Positions 10,107-19,419 of a stretch of 64,000 bases of DNA are shown piece after piece (position 1 is the first letter of the stretch; each line of letters opens with the position of its first letter). The notes beneath the pieces are model-generated. The model searched no databases, had not been told where the DNA came from, and was given only the letters and a program-made list of their open reading frames with translations. A program made the position numbers and the translations under genes. The DNA is from Terracidiphilus sp. (GTDB lineage Bacteria; Acidobacteriota; Terriglobia; Terriglobales; Acidobacteriaceae). The stretch spans positions 15,144-79,143 of the forward strand of contig DATJNF010000052.1 in assembly GCA_035508375.1 (NCBI GenBank), in the 5' to 3' direction.

Positions 10107-10247
10107 CGACGCCAACCCTGCCTTCTTCTTAGATAAACCCGACAGGTTATGGTCGTGCAAAAGGGGTGGGGGAAGTCAAACAGACGTGGAAAAGCTCAGA
10201 GCCGGCGATCTTCTTGCCGGCTACGGAGAACTTGAAAATCGGGCCGG

Positions 10248-10535
10248 CTACTGCTTGGCGCCTTCTTTGCCGCCGTTCACGGCGCCTTCCGTCGTGGTCC
10301 TGGTTTTGTGGAAGACCTTTTTCGTGCCGTGTTTCGTCGCGTCGTAGGCCTTCGTAGTGCCCTTTTTCACGTCTCTGCCGGTTGTCTGCGCGGCTTTCTT
10401 GGTTTCTTTCCCTGCGGCCTTTGCATCCTGTTTTGCGCCGCTTTCGTCTGCGGTGGGTTGGCTCCATCCCGGAGCCTGGGCAAACAGTAGCGTGGCTCCG
10501 AGAAATAGGACGGGTATGCGCGTCTTAACTTTCAT
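10248..10535 (-). CDS. Small secreted Lys/Thr/Ala-rich protein with 11-mer periodicity
   Basis: Signal peptide followed by a hydrophilic repeat region; TATGCT lies 7 nt before the ATG. Confidence 0.7.
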   Translation of the reverse strand: MKVKTRIPVLFLGATLLFAQAPGWSQPTADESGAKQDAKAAGKETKKAAQTTGRDVKKGTTKAYDATKHGTKKVFHKTRTTTEGAVNGGKEGAKQ

Positions 10536-10652
10536 AGAGCGGAGCATACTCCCCTGGTGCTCCACTTACATCCCTCTTTCGAGTTGTCATCGAGAGCCTT
10601 CGCAGGGCGTGGATAGGGCTCCCTGAGATCGATTCCCCTATACTGAGCCGGG

Positions 10653-10838
10653 ATGGAAACCCGCATCAAGCCGCACTTCGAGCAGACCGCTGAAGCGACA
10701 CAACGCGCCGAGCAGCGCCACCTCTACCGGCGCAACCAGGCCATCGGCCTCGTGATTCTGGCTGCCGCCATCTGCGTCTGGTGGCTTTTCCACACGAATC
10801 CCGCCTGGATCTTTCCGCCCGGCTGGTGGCGCCCATGA
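10653..10838 (+). CDS. Small hypothetical membrane protein
   Basis: One TM segment and a Trp/Pro-rich tail (WIFPPGWWRP); ATGA overlap with miaA. Confidence 0.65.
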   Translation: METRIKPHFEQTAEATQRAEQRHLYRRNQAIGLVILAAAICVWWLFHTNPAWIFPPGWWRP

Positions 10839-11881
10839 GTCCTCCGCGGACGGCGGACGGCGGCGCCGGCACGGAGGGATGTCCGGGCTTTACCCCGGAT
10901 GCTGGAGCCGAACAAGCGGACGGGGCTTCAGCCCCGGAGAAAGCGCCTGAGCCCCTCGCCGTTCTTCTCCTTGGCCCCACCGGCAGCGGCAAAACGGCCC
11001 TCTCGCTTACGCTTGCTGAGCGCTTCTGTGGCGAAATCGTGAGCTGCGATTCGGTCGCCGTCTATCGCGGTATGGAGCTGGGCACGGCCAAACCGACGCG
11101 CGAGGAACGGGCCCGCGTGCCGCATCACCTCATCGATGTCACCGATCCTGACCAGCCATTCACCGCCGGAGCCTACATGAAGGCCGCGCGCGCGGCGCTG
11201 CACGAGATCAGCGCGCGGGGCAGGCTGCCCATCGTGACCGGAGGCACCGGCCTCTACCTGCGCGCCCTCACCGAAGGCCTCTTCGCCGGCCCTGCGCGGC
11301 AGGAGAGCCTGCGGGCAAGGCTGGCCTCGAAAGCGCAAACGCGTGGAAGCGCATGGCTGCACCGTATTCTGCAGCGGCTCGATCCCGCATCGGCTCAGCG
11401 CATCCACGCCAACGACACGCCCAAGCTGATCCGGGCCATCGAAGTCTGCCTCGCCGCGCGAAAGCCGCTGTCCGAGGTGATGGCCCGCGATCCGCTCACC
11501 GGCTTCCGCCTATTGCGGATCGGCCTGAACCCGTCGCGCGAAGCTCTCTATGACCGGCTGAACGCACGCTGTGCTGCCATGTTTACCGCAGGCCTCATCG
11601 AGGAAACGCGCGGGCTGCTCGCGCGCTATGACCGCGTCAAGGCGCTGGACTCGCTCGGTTACCGGCAGGCGTTGGGTGTGCTGGATGGGAGGCTGAGTGT
11701 CGAAACCGCCATCGCCGCCGCGCAACAGGGCCACCGCAATTACGCCAAGCGTCAGCTCACCTGGTTTCGGCGGGAGCCCGACGTAGTGTGGCTCGACCGC
11801 TTTGGGGATAAAGCAGAGGCAGTGCGGATGGCGATTGAATTGGTCGCCTCGCACATCGGCCAGCAGCCCACGGCCATTTAA
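10835..11881 (+). CDS. miaA: tRNA dimethylallyltransferase
   Basis: Motifs GPTGSGKT, DSVAVYRGMELGTAKP, GGTGLY and YAKRQLTWFR. Confidence 0.95.
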   Translation: MSPPRTADGGAGTEGCPGFTPDAGAEQADGASAPEKAPEPLAVLLLGPTGSGKTALSLTLAERFCGEIVSCDSVAVYRGMELGTAKPTREERARVPHHLIDVTDPDQPFTAGAYMKAARAALHEISARGRLPIVTGGTGLYLRALTEGLFAGPARQESLRARLASKAQTRGSAWLHRILQRLDPASAQRIHANDTPKLIRAIEVCLAARKPLSEVMARDPLTGFRLLRIGLNPSREALYDRLNARCAAMFTAGLIEETRGLLARYDRVKALDSLGYRQALGVLDGRLSVETAIAAAQQGHRNYAKRQLTWFRREPDVVWLDRFGDKAEAVRMAIELVASHIGQQPTAI

Positions 11882-11940
11882 ACTAGCCATTTGAGGCTGC
11901 GTTTGCGCGGTAAGCGAAGGCGGCGGAACGGAGTGCTTTC

Positions 11941-13377
11941 GTGGTGGAAACAAGCTCTGAAACTGTCTATGACGTAGCCGTCATTGGTGGCGGTCCGGCG
12001 GGGTACACAGCGGCGATTCGCGGTGCGGAATATGGCCTGAGGGTGGCGCTCATCGACGCGAGCCCCAAGCTTGGCGGCACCTGCCTGCACGTGGGCTGCA
12101 TTCCCACCAAGGCGCTGCTCTTCAACGCCGAGCTCTGGGATCATCTGAAGCATGCGGCCGAGTTCGGCATTGCTGGAATCAGTACGCCCCAACTCGACTG
12201 GGCCGCGGTGCAGACACGTAAGAGCTCGATCATCACCAAGCACGTGAAGGGCCTCGAGTTCCTGATGAAGAAGCACAAGATCACGGTCATCGGCGGCTAC
12301 GCGCGGCTGAGCGGAGGCGCCAAGGACGGTCTGCACACGCTCGATGTCACGGCGTCGGCCGACAGCGTGAAGAGCCAGGTGAAAGCGAAAAACGTGATCC
12401 TCGCGTCCGGTTCCCAGGCCAAGATGCTGCCCGGTCTGAAGGCAAACGAGCGGGTTCTCACCAACATTGAAATTCTCTCGCTCAAGGAGCCGCCCAAGTC
12501 GCTGGTCGTCATCGGCGCAGGGGCGGTGGGCGTGGAATTCGCGTCCATCTTCCGCAGCTTCGGCACCGAAGTGACAATCGTCGAGTTCCTGCCCCGCGCG
12601 GTGCCGCTGGAAGACGAGGAGATATCCAAGGAGCTGGCGCGGGTCTTCAAAAAGCGCGGCATCGACATCAACACCGGCGCAAAGGTGGAGGGCATTGAAG
12701 AGACCGCTGCCGGCGTGCGCGTGACGTTTACTGACGCAAACGGCAAGGCTCAGGTGAAGGATGCTGAAAAAGTGCTCGTCGCCGTGGGCCGTGCACCGCA
12801 GACCACAGACATAGGCGCGGACAAGACGCGCATCGAGATCGAGCGCGGATTTGTGAAGGTGAACGAATGGCAGGAAACGGCCGAGCCCGGCATTTACGCC
12901 ATCGGCGACATCGTGGCCGGCCTGCCGCAGCTGGCGCATGTGGGCGCCATGTGCGGCATGGTCGCGATGGCGAAGATTGCCGGCCATCCCTACCGTCCGG
13001 TGCGCCGCGACAGGATTCCGAATTGCACCTACACCGAACCGCAGATCGGCTCCGCTGGATTGACCGAAGCGCAGGCCAAAGAGAAAGGTCACGAAGTCAA
13101 AGTGGGTAAGTTTCCCTTCGGCGGCAACTCGAAGGCCACGATCGTGGGCAGTCACGATGGCTTCGTGAAGATCGTCTCGGACGCCAAGTACGGCGAGATT
13201 CTCGGCGTGCACATCATCGGGCCGCAGGCCACCGAGCTGATCGCCGAAGCCGTCACCGTGATGCAGCTTGAAGGCACCGTGGAGGAGATGATGTTCACCA
13301 TCCACGCGCATCCCACCCTGAGCGAGTCGATGCTCGACGCGTATGGCGCGGTGAACGGGATGGCGATCAACGCCTGA
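11941..13377 (+). CDS. lpdA: Dihydrolipoyl dehydrogenase
   Basis: GGGPAGY, redox disulfide GGTCLHVGCIPTK, and C-terminal HAHPTLSE. Confidence 0.95.
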   Translation: MVETSSETVYDVAVIGGGPAGYTAAIRGAEYGLRVALIDASPKLGGTCLHVGCIPTKALLFNAELWDHLKHAAEFGIAGISTPQLDWAAVQTRKSSIITKHVKGLEFLMKKHKITVIGGYARLSGGAKDGLHTLDVTASADSVKSQVKAKNVILASGSQAKMLPGLKANERVLTNIEILSLKEPPKSLVVIGAGAVGVEFASIFRSFGTEVTIVEFLPRAVPLEDEEISKELARVFKKRGIDINTGAKVEGIEETAAGVRVTFTDANGKAQVKDAEKVLVAVGRAPQTTDIGADKTRIEIERGFVKVNEWQETAEPGIYAIGDIVAGLPQLAHVGAMCGMVAMAKIAGHPYRPVRRDRIPNCTYTEPQIGSAGLTEAQAKEKGHEVKVGKFPFGGNSKATIVGSHDGFVKIVSDAKYGEILGVHIIGPQATELIAEAVTVMQLEGTVEEMMFTIHAHPTLSESMLDAYGAVNGMAINA

Positions 13378-13467
13378 GCCGGTAGCTCTTTCCGCGTGAT
13401 AGCACATTTCGGTAGAATCGCCGCAACTTCGCACCAGAGTTGCGGCGTTTCTTTGAAGAGCCAGAGA

Positions 13468-14097
13468 ATGTTCAAAAAAAGCGCACAGAGAAATCAAGAC
13501 TTCGGCTTGACGCGGCAAGACCTGCGCACGTTGCGCTCGCTCAACACGCCGATGCGCATCCAAAAGTTTATCGATGCGCTGACCTACGACTATTCAGATT
13601 CAGCGCGGTCGCCGCGCCGAATCCTGCGTGAACGCAGAGGTCATTGCATGGAAGGCGCGCTGCTGGCGGCCGCTGCGCTGCGCGTAAATGGTCATCAGCC
13701 GCTGCTGATGGATCTGGAGGCCGTTCACGACGACGACCACGTTATCGCTCTTTACCGCGAGCGCGGCCTGTGGGGCGGCATCGCCAAGTCAAACTTCGCG
13801 GGGCTGCGCTTCCGCGCGCCGGTCTATCGCTCATTGCGCGAGCTGGCGCTGAGTTACTTCGATCACTACTACAACCTGCGTGGCGAGCGCACGTTGCGCG
13901 CCTATTCGCGGGCAGTGAATCTCGCGCAGCTCGACGGCTGCTGCTGGATGACCGCCGAGGAAGACGTCTGGTGCGTGCCCGAACGGCTCATTGAGGCAAA
14001 GCACTACCCGCTGATTTCTCACAAGACGGCGCGTGCGCTGCCGCGCCTCGATCGCCGCAGCTTCGAAGCGGGAATGCACGGGCGGGTGAAGCACTGA
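13468..14097 (+). CDS. Transglutaminase/papain-like fold protein (possibly vasohibin-like)
   Basis: HCMEGALLAAAAL...DDDHVIALY...WGGIAKSN. Confidence 0.7.
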   Translation: MFKKSAQRNQDFGLTRQDLRTLRSLNTPMRIQKFIDALTYDYSDSARSPRRILRERRGHCMEGALLAAAALRVNGHQPLLMDLEAVHDDDHVIALYRERGLWGGIAKSNFAGLRFRAPVYRSLRELALSYFDHYYNLRGERTLRAYSRAVNLAQLDGCCWMTAEEDVWCVPERLIEAKHYPLISHKTARALPRLDRRSFEAGMHGRVKH

Positions 14098-14124
14098 AAC
14101 ACAGGCTTGGTGACAGGTCCCCTG

Positions 14125-16155
14125 CTACAACTCTGTCGATTGGCTCTTCACCAGTTGTTCAGCCTTGGCGATGAACTCGGCAAGCGGCATGGAGCCCTGG
14201 TCGCCCTTGCCGCGCGTACGCACGCTTACGGCATCTGCCGCGGCTTCCTTGTCGCCGAAGACAAGAATATACGGCGTCTTCTGGTTGGCGAAGTCGCGGA
14301 TCTTGGCGTTCATCTTTTCATTCCGAAGATCGGCCTCTGTCCGAAAGCCGGCGGCACGCAGTGCCTGCTCCACCTTTTCTGCGTAGGCTGCGTGCCGCTC
14401 GCTAATGGGCACAAGGCCTACCTGCACGGGCGCCAGCCACAGCGGAAATGCGCCGGCGTAGTGCTCGATGAGCACGCCGAAGAAGCGCTCCACCGAGCCG
14501 AAAAGTGCACGGTGCACCATCACCGGCTGGTGGCGCTCGCCGTCCTCGCCGACATATTCGAGCTCGAAGCGCGCAGGCAGGTTGAAGTCGAACTGCACCG
14601 TCGAAAGCTGCCACAGGCGGCCGAGAACATCGACCAGTTTTACATCGATCTTTGGCCCGTAGAAGGCTGCTTCTCCAGGAAACGTTTTGAATGTGAGCCC
14701 GCGGTCGGTAAGCACCTTCTTCAGTGCGCCTTCGGCATGCGCCCAATCCTCCGGCGTGCCGAAGAAATCGCCGCCCTTTTGCGGATCGCGCGTGGAAAGC
14801 TCGACACGATACTCCTTGAAGCCGAAGGTCTTCAGCACCGCTTCAGCAAAGTCGAGGCAGGCGATCACCTCGCCTTCAATCTGCTCCGGCGTGCAGAAGA
14901 TGTGGGCATCATCTTGCGTGAAGCCGCGCACGCGCAGCAACCCATGCATGGTTCCGGAGCGTTCATAGCGGTAAACATTTCCGAACTCGGCATAGCGTTG
15001 CGGAAGATCGCGATAGCTCTTGGGCGAGTTCCTGTAGATCAGGATATGGCCGGGACAGTTCATCGGCTTCAGCCGGTACTCTGCGTCGTCCAGCTTCATC
15101 GGCGGAAACATGTCTTTGGAGTAAACGCCATCGTGGCCGGAGACCTTCCACAGGTCTCGACGCATCACGTGCGGCGTGTACACCAGCAGGTAGCCGCGGC
15201 GGACGCACTCCTCCCGCATCCAGTCCTCCATGATCTTGCGGATCATGGCGCCCTTGGGATGCCAGAAGATGAGTCCCGCGCCGGCCAGTTCCTGCACGCT
15301 GAAGAGATCGAGCTGTTTGCCGAGCACACGGTGATCGCGCCGCGCGGCTTCTTCGAGCCGCGCAAAGTGCTCGTCCATGTCTTTTTTCGAGAAAAACGCC
15401 GTGCCGTAGATGCGCTGCAGCTGCGGATTATTCTCGTCGCCCAGCCAGTACGCGCCGGCGAGATTCGTTACCTTGAAAGCCTTCACGCGCCCGGTCGAGG
15501 GCACATGTGGCCCGCGGCAAAAGTCGACGAACCTGCCGTTGCGATAGAAGCTCACCTCGGAGCCCGGCTCCGTGAACTTCGTCACGAAGTGCGTCTTCAT
15601 GAAATCGCCGTCGCGTTCGAAGCCTTCCAGGCTTTTCTCTCTTGGGGCAAATTCGTGGATAAACTTGTCATCGCGCGCCACGACCTCTGCCATTTTGGCC
15701 TCAATGGCGGCGAGGTCGTCCGGCGTGAACGGCGTTTCCCGATAAAAGTCGTAGAAGAAACCGGAGTCCGTCGCCGGCCCGTGGCCCAGCTTGGTCTCGG
15801 GAAAGAGCTCGAGTACGGCAGTCGCCAGAACATGAGCAGCCGAGTGCCGCACCACCTTCAGAGCGTCGGGATCCTTTTCGGTCACCAGTTCCAGGCGCGT
15901 GTCCGTCGTGAGCGGCGTCGAAAGGTCCACGAGCCGCGGAGCCGCCGCGTCCTGCGCGCCGTACATCGCCGCTTCCGACTCCTCGCTCGTGGCGGCAGAC
16001 GATCCGGTTCCGTTCACGGGCGTGAGTTTGGCGACAACGGATGCGGCCGCCAGGCGCGGAGAGATGGCGTTAGCGATTTCCAGAGGTGTGGTGCCTGCAG
16101 GCACTTCACGCACTGCCCCGTCGGGCAGGTGTACGGCAATGGATTGCTGGCTCAT
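14125..16155 (-). CDS. thrS: Threonine--tRNA ligase
   Basis: Motifs RHSAAH, DFCRGPH, KPMNCPGH, RVRGFTQDDAH and FGSVERF. Confidence 0.97.
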   Translation of the reverse strand: MSQQSIAVHLPDGAVREVPAGTTPLEIANAISPRLAAASVVAKLTPVNGTGSSAATSEESEAAMYGAQDAAAPRLVDLSTPLTTDTRLELVTEKDPDALKVVRHSAAHVLATAVLELFPETKLGHGPATDSGFFYDFYRETPFTPDDLAAIEAKMAEVVARDDKFIHEFAPREKSLEGFERDGDFMKTHFVTKFTEPGSEVSFYRNGRFVDFCRGPHVPSTGRVKAFKVTNLAGAYWLGDENNPQLQRIYGTAFFSKKDMDEHFARLEEAARRDHRVLGKQLDLFSVQELAGAGLIFWHPKGAMIRKIMEDWMREECVRRGYLLVYTPHVMRRDLWKVSGHDGVYSKDMFPPMKLDDAEYRLKPMNCPGHILIYRNSPKSYRDLPQRYAEFGNVYRYERSGTMHGLLRVRGFTQDDAHIFCTPEQIEGEVIACLDFAEAVLKTFGFKEYRVELSTRDPQKGGDFFGTPEDWAHAEGALKKVLTDRGLTFKTFPGEAAFYGPKIDVKLVDVLGRLWQLSTVQFDFNLPARFELEYVGEDGERHQPVMVHRALFGSVERFFGVLIEHYAGAFPLWLAPVQVGLVPISERHAAYAEKVEQALRAAGFRTEADLRNEKMNAKIRDFANQKTPYILVFGDKEAAADAVSVRTRGKGDQGSMPLAEFIAKAEQLVKSQSTEL

Positions 16156-16558
16156 GATGATTTCAAGTTCCTGAGGATTGCGCCCGGTTGTAACGAGCGG
16201 CAGGGCGTTAACACCTTAGGATATAACGCCGGCAGCGGCGCCGAGAGACCGAGAAGCTCGCAGGCCTGCCATCTTCTAAATCACGCTACACGTGCCCTTG
16301 GTAATGCCATCCTCTCTTCTCTAACTTGTGTCGTGTCTTTTCCGGGACGATAGGCAGATTACGAAGCGTGATTTTGAAGCAGTTCCGTTAGTAACAGCAG
16401 TTACTTCCGATTGGGGACAGCACACTGCACGAAAGAGAGGCGTAGTTGCCGTGATGGGGAATGGCAAGCGTGGTTCGAGTTGGGTATTGTAGGACCCATA
16501 GTTTAAAAAAACACCGGCCGGTTATATATACAAGCGACGCAGTACGGGAAAGTGCAAG

Positions 16559-16828
16559 ATGCAAGTGCTGTGCAGAACGACGAACGGTAACGCAGAGCTG
16601 CATTGTTGCGTTTGCGGTCAGGGCTTTGTGCTGTTCTGGGAACGCCAGACGCACACCGAGCGGATGGAACTGGTGCACGAGATTCAGGAGACCTTGCGGC
16701 GGCAGCACCGCGCGTCTCGCGGACCAGAGGCACATCCGCAAGGCGGGTTCCTCGCGCCGCAGACGATAGGGCGGCTTGAATTTTCAGGTGCAGCTGTTTT
16801 GGGGAGCGCACCGACGTGGGAACTTTAA
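16559..16828 (+). CDS. Small hypothetical protein with a CxxC...H...H putative Zn site
   Basis: CCVCGQGF...LRRQH...HP; purine-rich sequence upstream of the ATG. Confidence 0.6.
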   Translation: MQVLCRTTNGNAELHCCVCGQGFVLFWERQTHTERMELVHEIQETLRRQHRASRGPEAHPQGGFLAPQTIGRLEFSGAAVLGSAPTWEL

Positions 16829-17068
16829 TTTGCATCGAACCATTTGTGCCCGCAAAACAGCGGCAAAATGGCACGAGGAAAACGGAAAACGAAGCTTTCG
16901 ATGGCTTGGGAGGGACTCTATATAAAGTGAGACTTCCAGTTCTTTTCACGCCGTTCAGACAGCGACACGGGTCCGGGTGGTCGGAATCCAAAGTGTAAGT
17001 GCAGTTCGCCTCGGAGCTTCACGGCACGAGTGCGAACCTTGATTGGCCAAAATAAACGCGTAGCTCAC

Positions 17069-17126
17069 GGCGCCGTTCAGCGACTTCACCCTTCGAGGTC
17101 ATCGCTGGCGGCGTCGGTTTCTTTTT
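17069..17126 (+). terminator. Intrinsic terminator-like hairpin with U-tract
   Basis: GGCGCCGTTCAGCGA pairs with TCGCTGGCGGCGTC, followed by TTTCTTTTT. Confidence 0.6.
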
Positions 17127-17357
17127 GGGAGCTGTTTTCTGTGCCCAACTGCAGACCGTCCCCGGCCTGCGAAATGTGATCCTACTCTGTGTGTCGCGCC
17201 CCGGTTTTACAGGCAGCACGGAAACACCTGCGAGACACATCCTCACACGGGATGCGGAGAAACTTACTGCGCGAGTTGTCGAACCTGACCGGACGGAGAA
17301 AATCTCCCGGCCTCCGGCATCCCGTTCAATTTACGATCGGCCGCAGCGACAGCAGAG

Positions 17358-17390
17358 ACACAAAGGGCCGGGAGCGACCCCAGCCCTGGT
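17358..17390 (-). terminator. Probable terminator of the cold-shock gene
   Basis: Minus strand AGGGCTGGG-gtcgct-CCCGGCCCT-TTGTG. Confidence 0.5.
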
Positions 17391-17432
17391 GTGTTGTGTG
17401 CTCGATTCTGCCGGAATCTGCCCGGTAAAGGA

Positions 17433-17633
17433 TTACAGGGGCTGTACGTCAGCAGCCTGCCATCCCTTGGGGCCTTTCACCACGTTGAATTGCACGGCTT
17501 GACCTTCCTGCAGGCTCTTAAAACCACTAGAGTTGATTGCAGAGTAATGCACGAAGACATCTTCGCCGTTCTGACGCGAGATGAAGCCGAAGCCTTTCGC
17601 GTCGTTAAACCACTTCACGGTACCTTGTTCCAT
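17433..17633 (-). CDS. cspA: Cold-shock protein (CspA family)
   Basis: [15 protein letters not shown] and DVFVHYSAI; extended -10 TGGTATACT about 120 nt upstream, giving a typical long csp leader. Paralog name is uncertain. Confidence 0.93.
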   Translation of the reverse strand: MEQGTVKWFNDAKGFGFISRQNGEDVFVHYSAINSSGFKSLQEGQAVQFNVVKGPKGWQAADVQPL

Positions 17634-17884
17634 TTTGATCGTTTTTCCTGGAGGTGAATTGCGCTGGATGAATCGGAGCGACCACTGGCAGAATCTTGCT
17701 TGGTTGGGCGAGTACTGCTCACGCCCGGTTCGGTTCTAACGCTGGGGCTAGTATACCATTGCTGTCAAAAAACGGGCAGTAATTCTCGCAGTCCTCGCCG
17801 CATTCTCTGCCGGGGAGAATTTAAGTCTATTTTTATCTTTCACTTACCGCGCAGCAAATCGCTATGATACTGTGAAAACTCGCT

Positions 17885-19243
17885 ATGGCACCTGATCTGG
17901 TACCCGGTCTGCTCGCCCGCGCCACAGAGATGCTGGAGGCCGAATTCTCAGATCTGCCGGGATACGAACCCGCAACAGATGAGACTGCCATGACGCAAGT
18001 TTTGGAAGCAACGGCGCACCGTCTCGGCGACAATTTCCCTTACTTTCATCCCCTCTACGCAGGACAGATGCTGAAACCTCCGCATCCGTTGGCACGGGCT
18101 GCTTATTCGCTGGCGATGAAGATCAATCCCAACAACCATGCGCGGGATGGCGGAAGGGCCAGTTCCGTGATGGAAGTGGAAGCGGTGAAAGCGATTGCCG
18201 CCATGTTCGGCTGGACCGAGTTCCTCGGACATCTCACATCGAGCGGCACTTTGGCGAACCTGGAAGCGTTGTGGATGGCGGGGCAGCTTGCGCCGGAGCG
18301 GCGTATCCTCGGCTCGGAGCAGGCGCATTATACGCACCAGCGCATCTCTGGCGTGTTGCGGCTGAAATACAACAGTGTTGCCGCAGACAACCGCGGCCGC
18401 ATGGATATTGACGCGCTTGAAGCCGAACTGCGCAAAGGCGACGTGGGCACGGTAGTGGTTACGCTGGGCACTACGGCAATAGGCGCTGTTGATCCGCTCG
18501 ACGAGATTCTCGCGCTCCGCGAGAAATATCCCTTTCGCGTGCACGTGGACGGGGCGTATGGCGGTTACTTCGGGTTGATTGCAAATGATCTCGACGAGCC
18601 GGCCCGAAGTGCCTATAGCGTCATTACGCAGGCCGATTCCATCGTGATCGATCCGCATAAACATGGTCTGCAGCCTTACGGATGCGGCTGCGTACTCTTC
18701 CGTGATCCGGCGCTGGGGCGGTTCTACAAGCACGATTCGCCGTATACCTACTTCACCTCGAAAGAATTGCATCTGGGCGAAATCAGCCTGGAGTGCTCGC
18801 GTGCAGGCGCCGCTGCGGTCGCATTATGGGCCACGCTGCAGCTTCTGCCGCTCCAAGCGGGCGGGGAGTTTGCCGCCGGTCTGGCCTGCGGCCGCCGGGC
18901 GGCTGTCGAGTTCCATCGCAGGCTCTCGGGTGACAAGCGGTTCCAGCCGCTCAAAGCCGGCGGGCCGGAGCTCGATATCGTTGTCTGGAAGGTGAGAGCC
19001 GGTACGCCGGCGCAGGCCTCGGAGCGCGCGCAGGCTATCTTTGACGGATGCGCCGCCAGACAGTTGCACCTCGCCCTTGTACAATTGCCGCAATCCTGGT
19101 TTGAAGATTCCCCAGGCGCGAGAACGCCAACCGGAACCGTAACCTGTTTGCGCTCTGTACTGATGAAGCCTGAGCACGAGGCGTGGATCGGCAGAATCTG
19201 GGAACGGTTGAGCGCTGCTGCCGAAGCAAAACTGAGAGAATGA
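17885..19243 (+). CDS. PLP-dependent group II decarboxylase
   Basis: Motifs SSGTLAN, HVDGAYGG and DSIVIDPHK (PLP lysine). Confidence 0.85.
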   Translation: MAPDLVPGLLARATEMLEAEFSDLPGYEPATDETAMTQVLEATAHRLGDNFPYFHPLYAGQMLKPPHPLARAAYSLAMKINPNNHARDGGRASSVMEVEAVKAIAAMFGWTEFLGHLTSSGTLANLEALWMAGQLAPERRILGSEQAHYTHQRISGVLRLKYNSVAADNRGRMDIDALEAELRKGDVGTVVVTLGTTAIGAVDPLDEILALREKYPFRVHVDGAYGGYFGLIANDLDEPARSAYSVITQADSIVIDPHKHGLQPYGCGCVLFRDPALGRFYKHDSPYTYFTSKELHLGEISLECSRAGAAAVALWATLQLLPLQAGGEFAAGLACGRRAAVEFHRRLSGDKRFQPLKAGGPELDIVVWKVRAGTPAQASERAQAIFDGCAARQLHLALVQLPQSWFEDSPGARTPTGTVTCLRSVLMKPEHEAWIGRIWERLSAAAEAKLRE

Positions 19244-19280
19244 AAAAGCCGCTCCGAAATGAACGGGCCGGGGCCAGAGA

Positions 19281-19333
19281 GAAAACGTTGTCATTCCGGC
19301 AGAAGCTGCGCGATAGAAATTTATAACGTTGCA
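19281..19333. promoter_or_regulatory. Two LacI-family-like operator sites upstream of galK
   Basis: Imperfect palindromes with central CG: GAAAACGTTGTC (19281-19292) and TATAACGTTGCA (19322-19333). Confidence 0.4.
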
Positions 19334-19419
19334 CGGAGTTGCCAAAGGACGTAGTTGCGGCAGTCGACGATCGCCGCAGTGCGCCATCTGAAAAGCTGAA
19401 ATAGAGGTTGCCGACCGAA

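Noticed and set aside
11878-16353. Long ORFs 11878-13563 (-, 561 aa) and 14107-16353 (+, 748 aa)
   Set aside because: Antisense to lpdA and thrS; typical high-GC shadow frames with no recognisable motifs.
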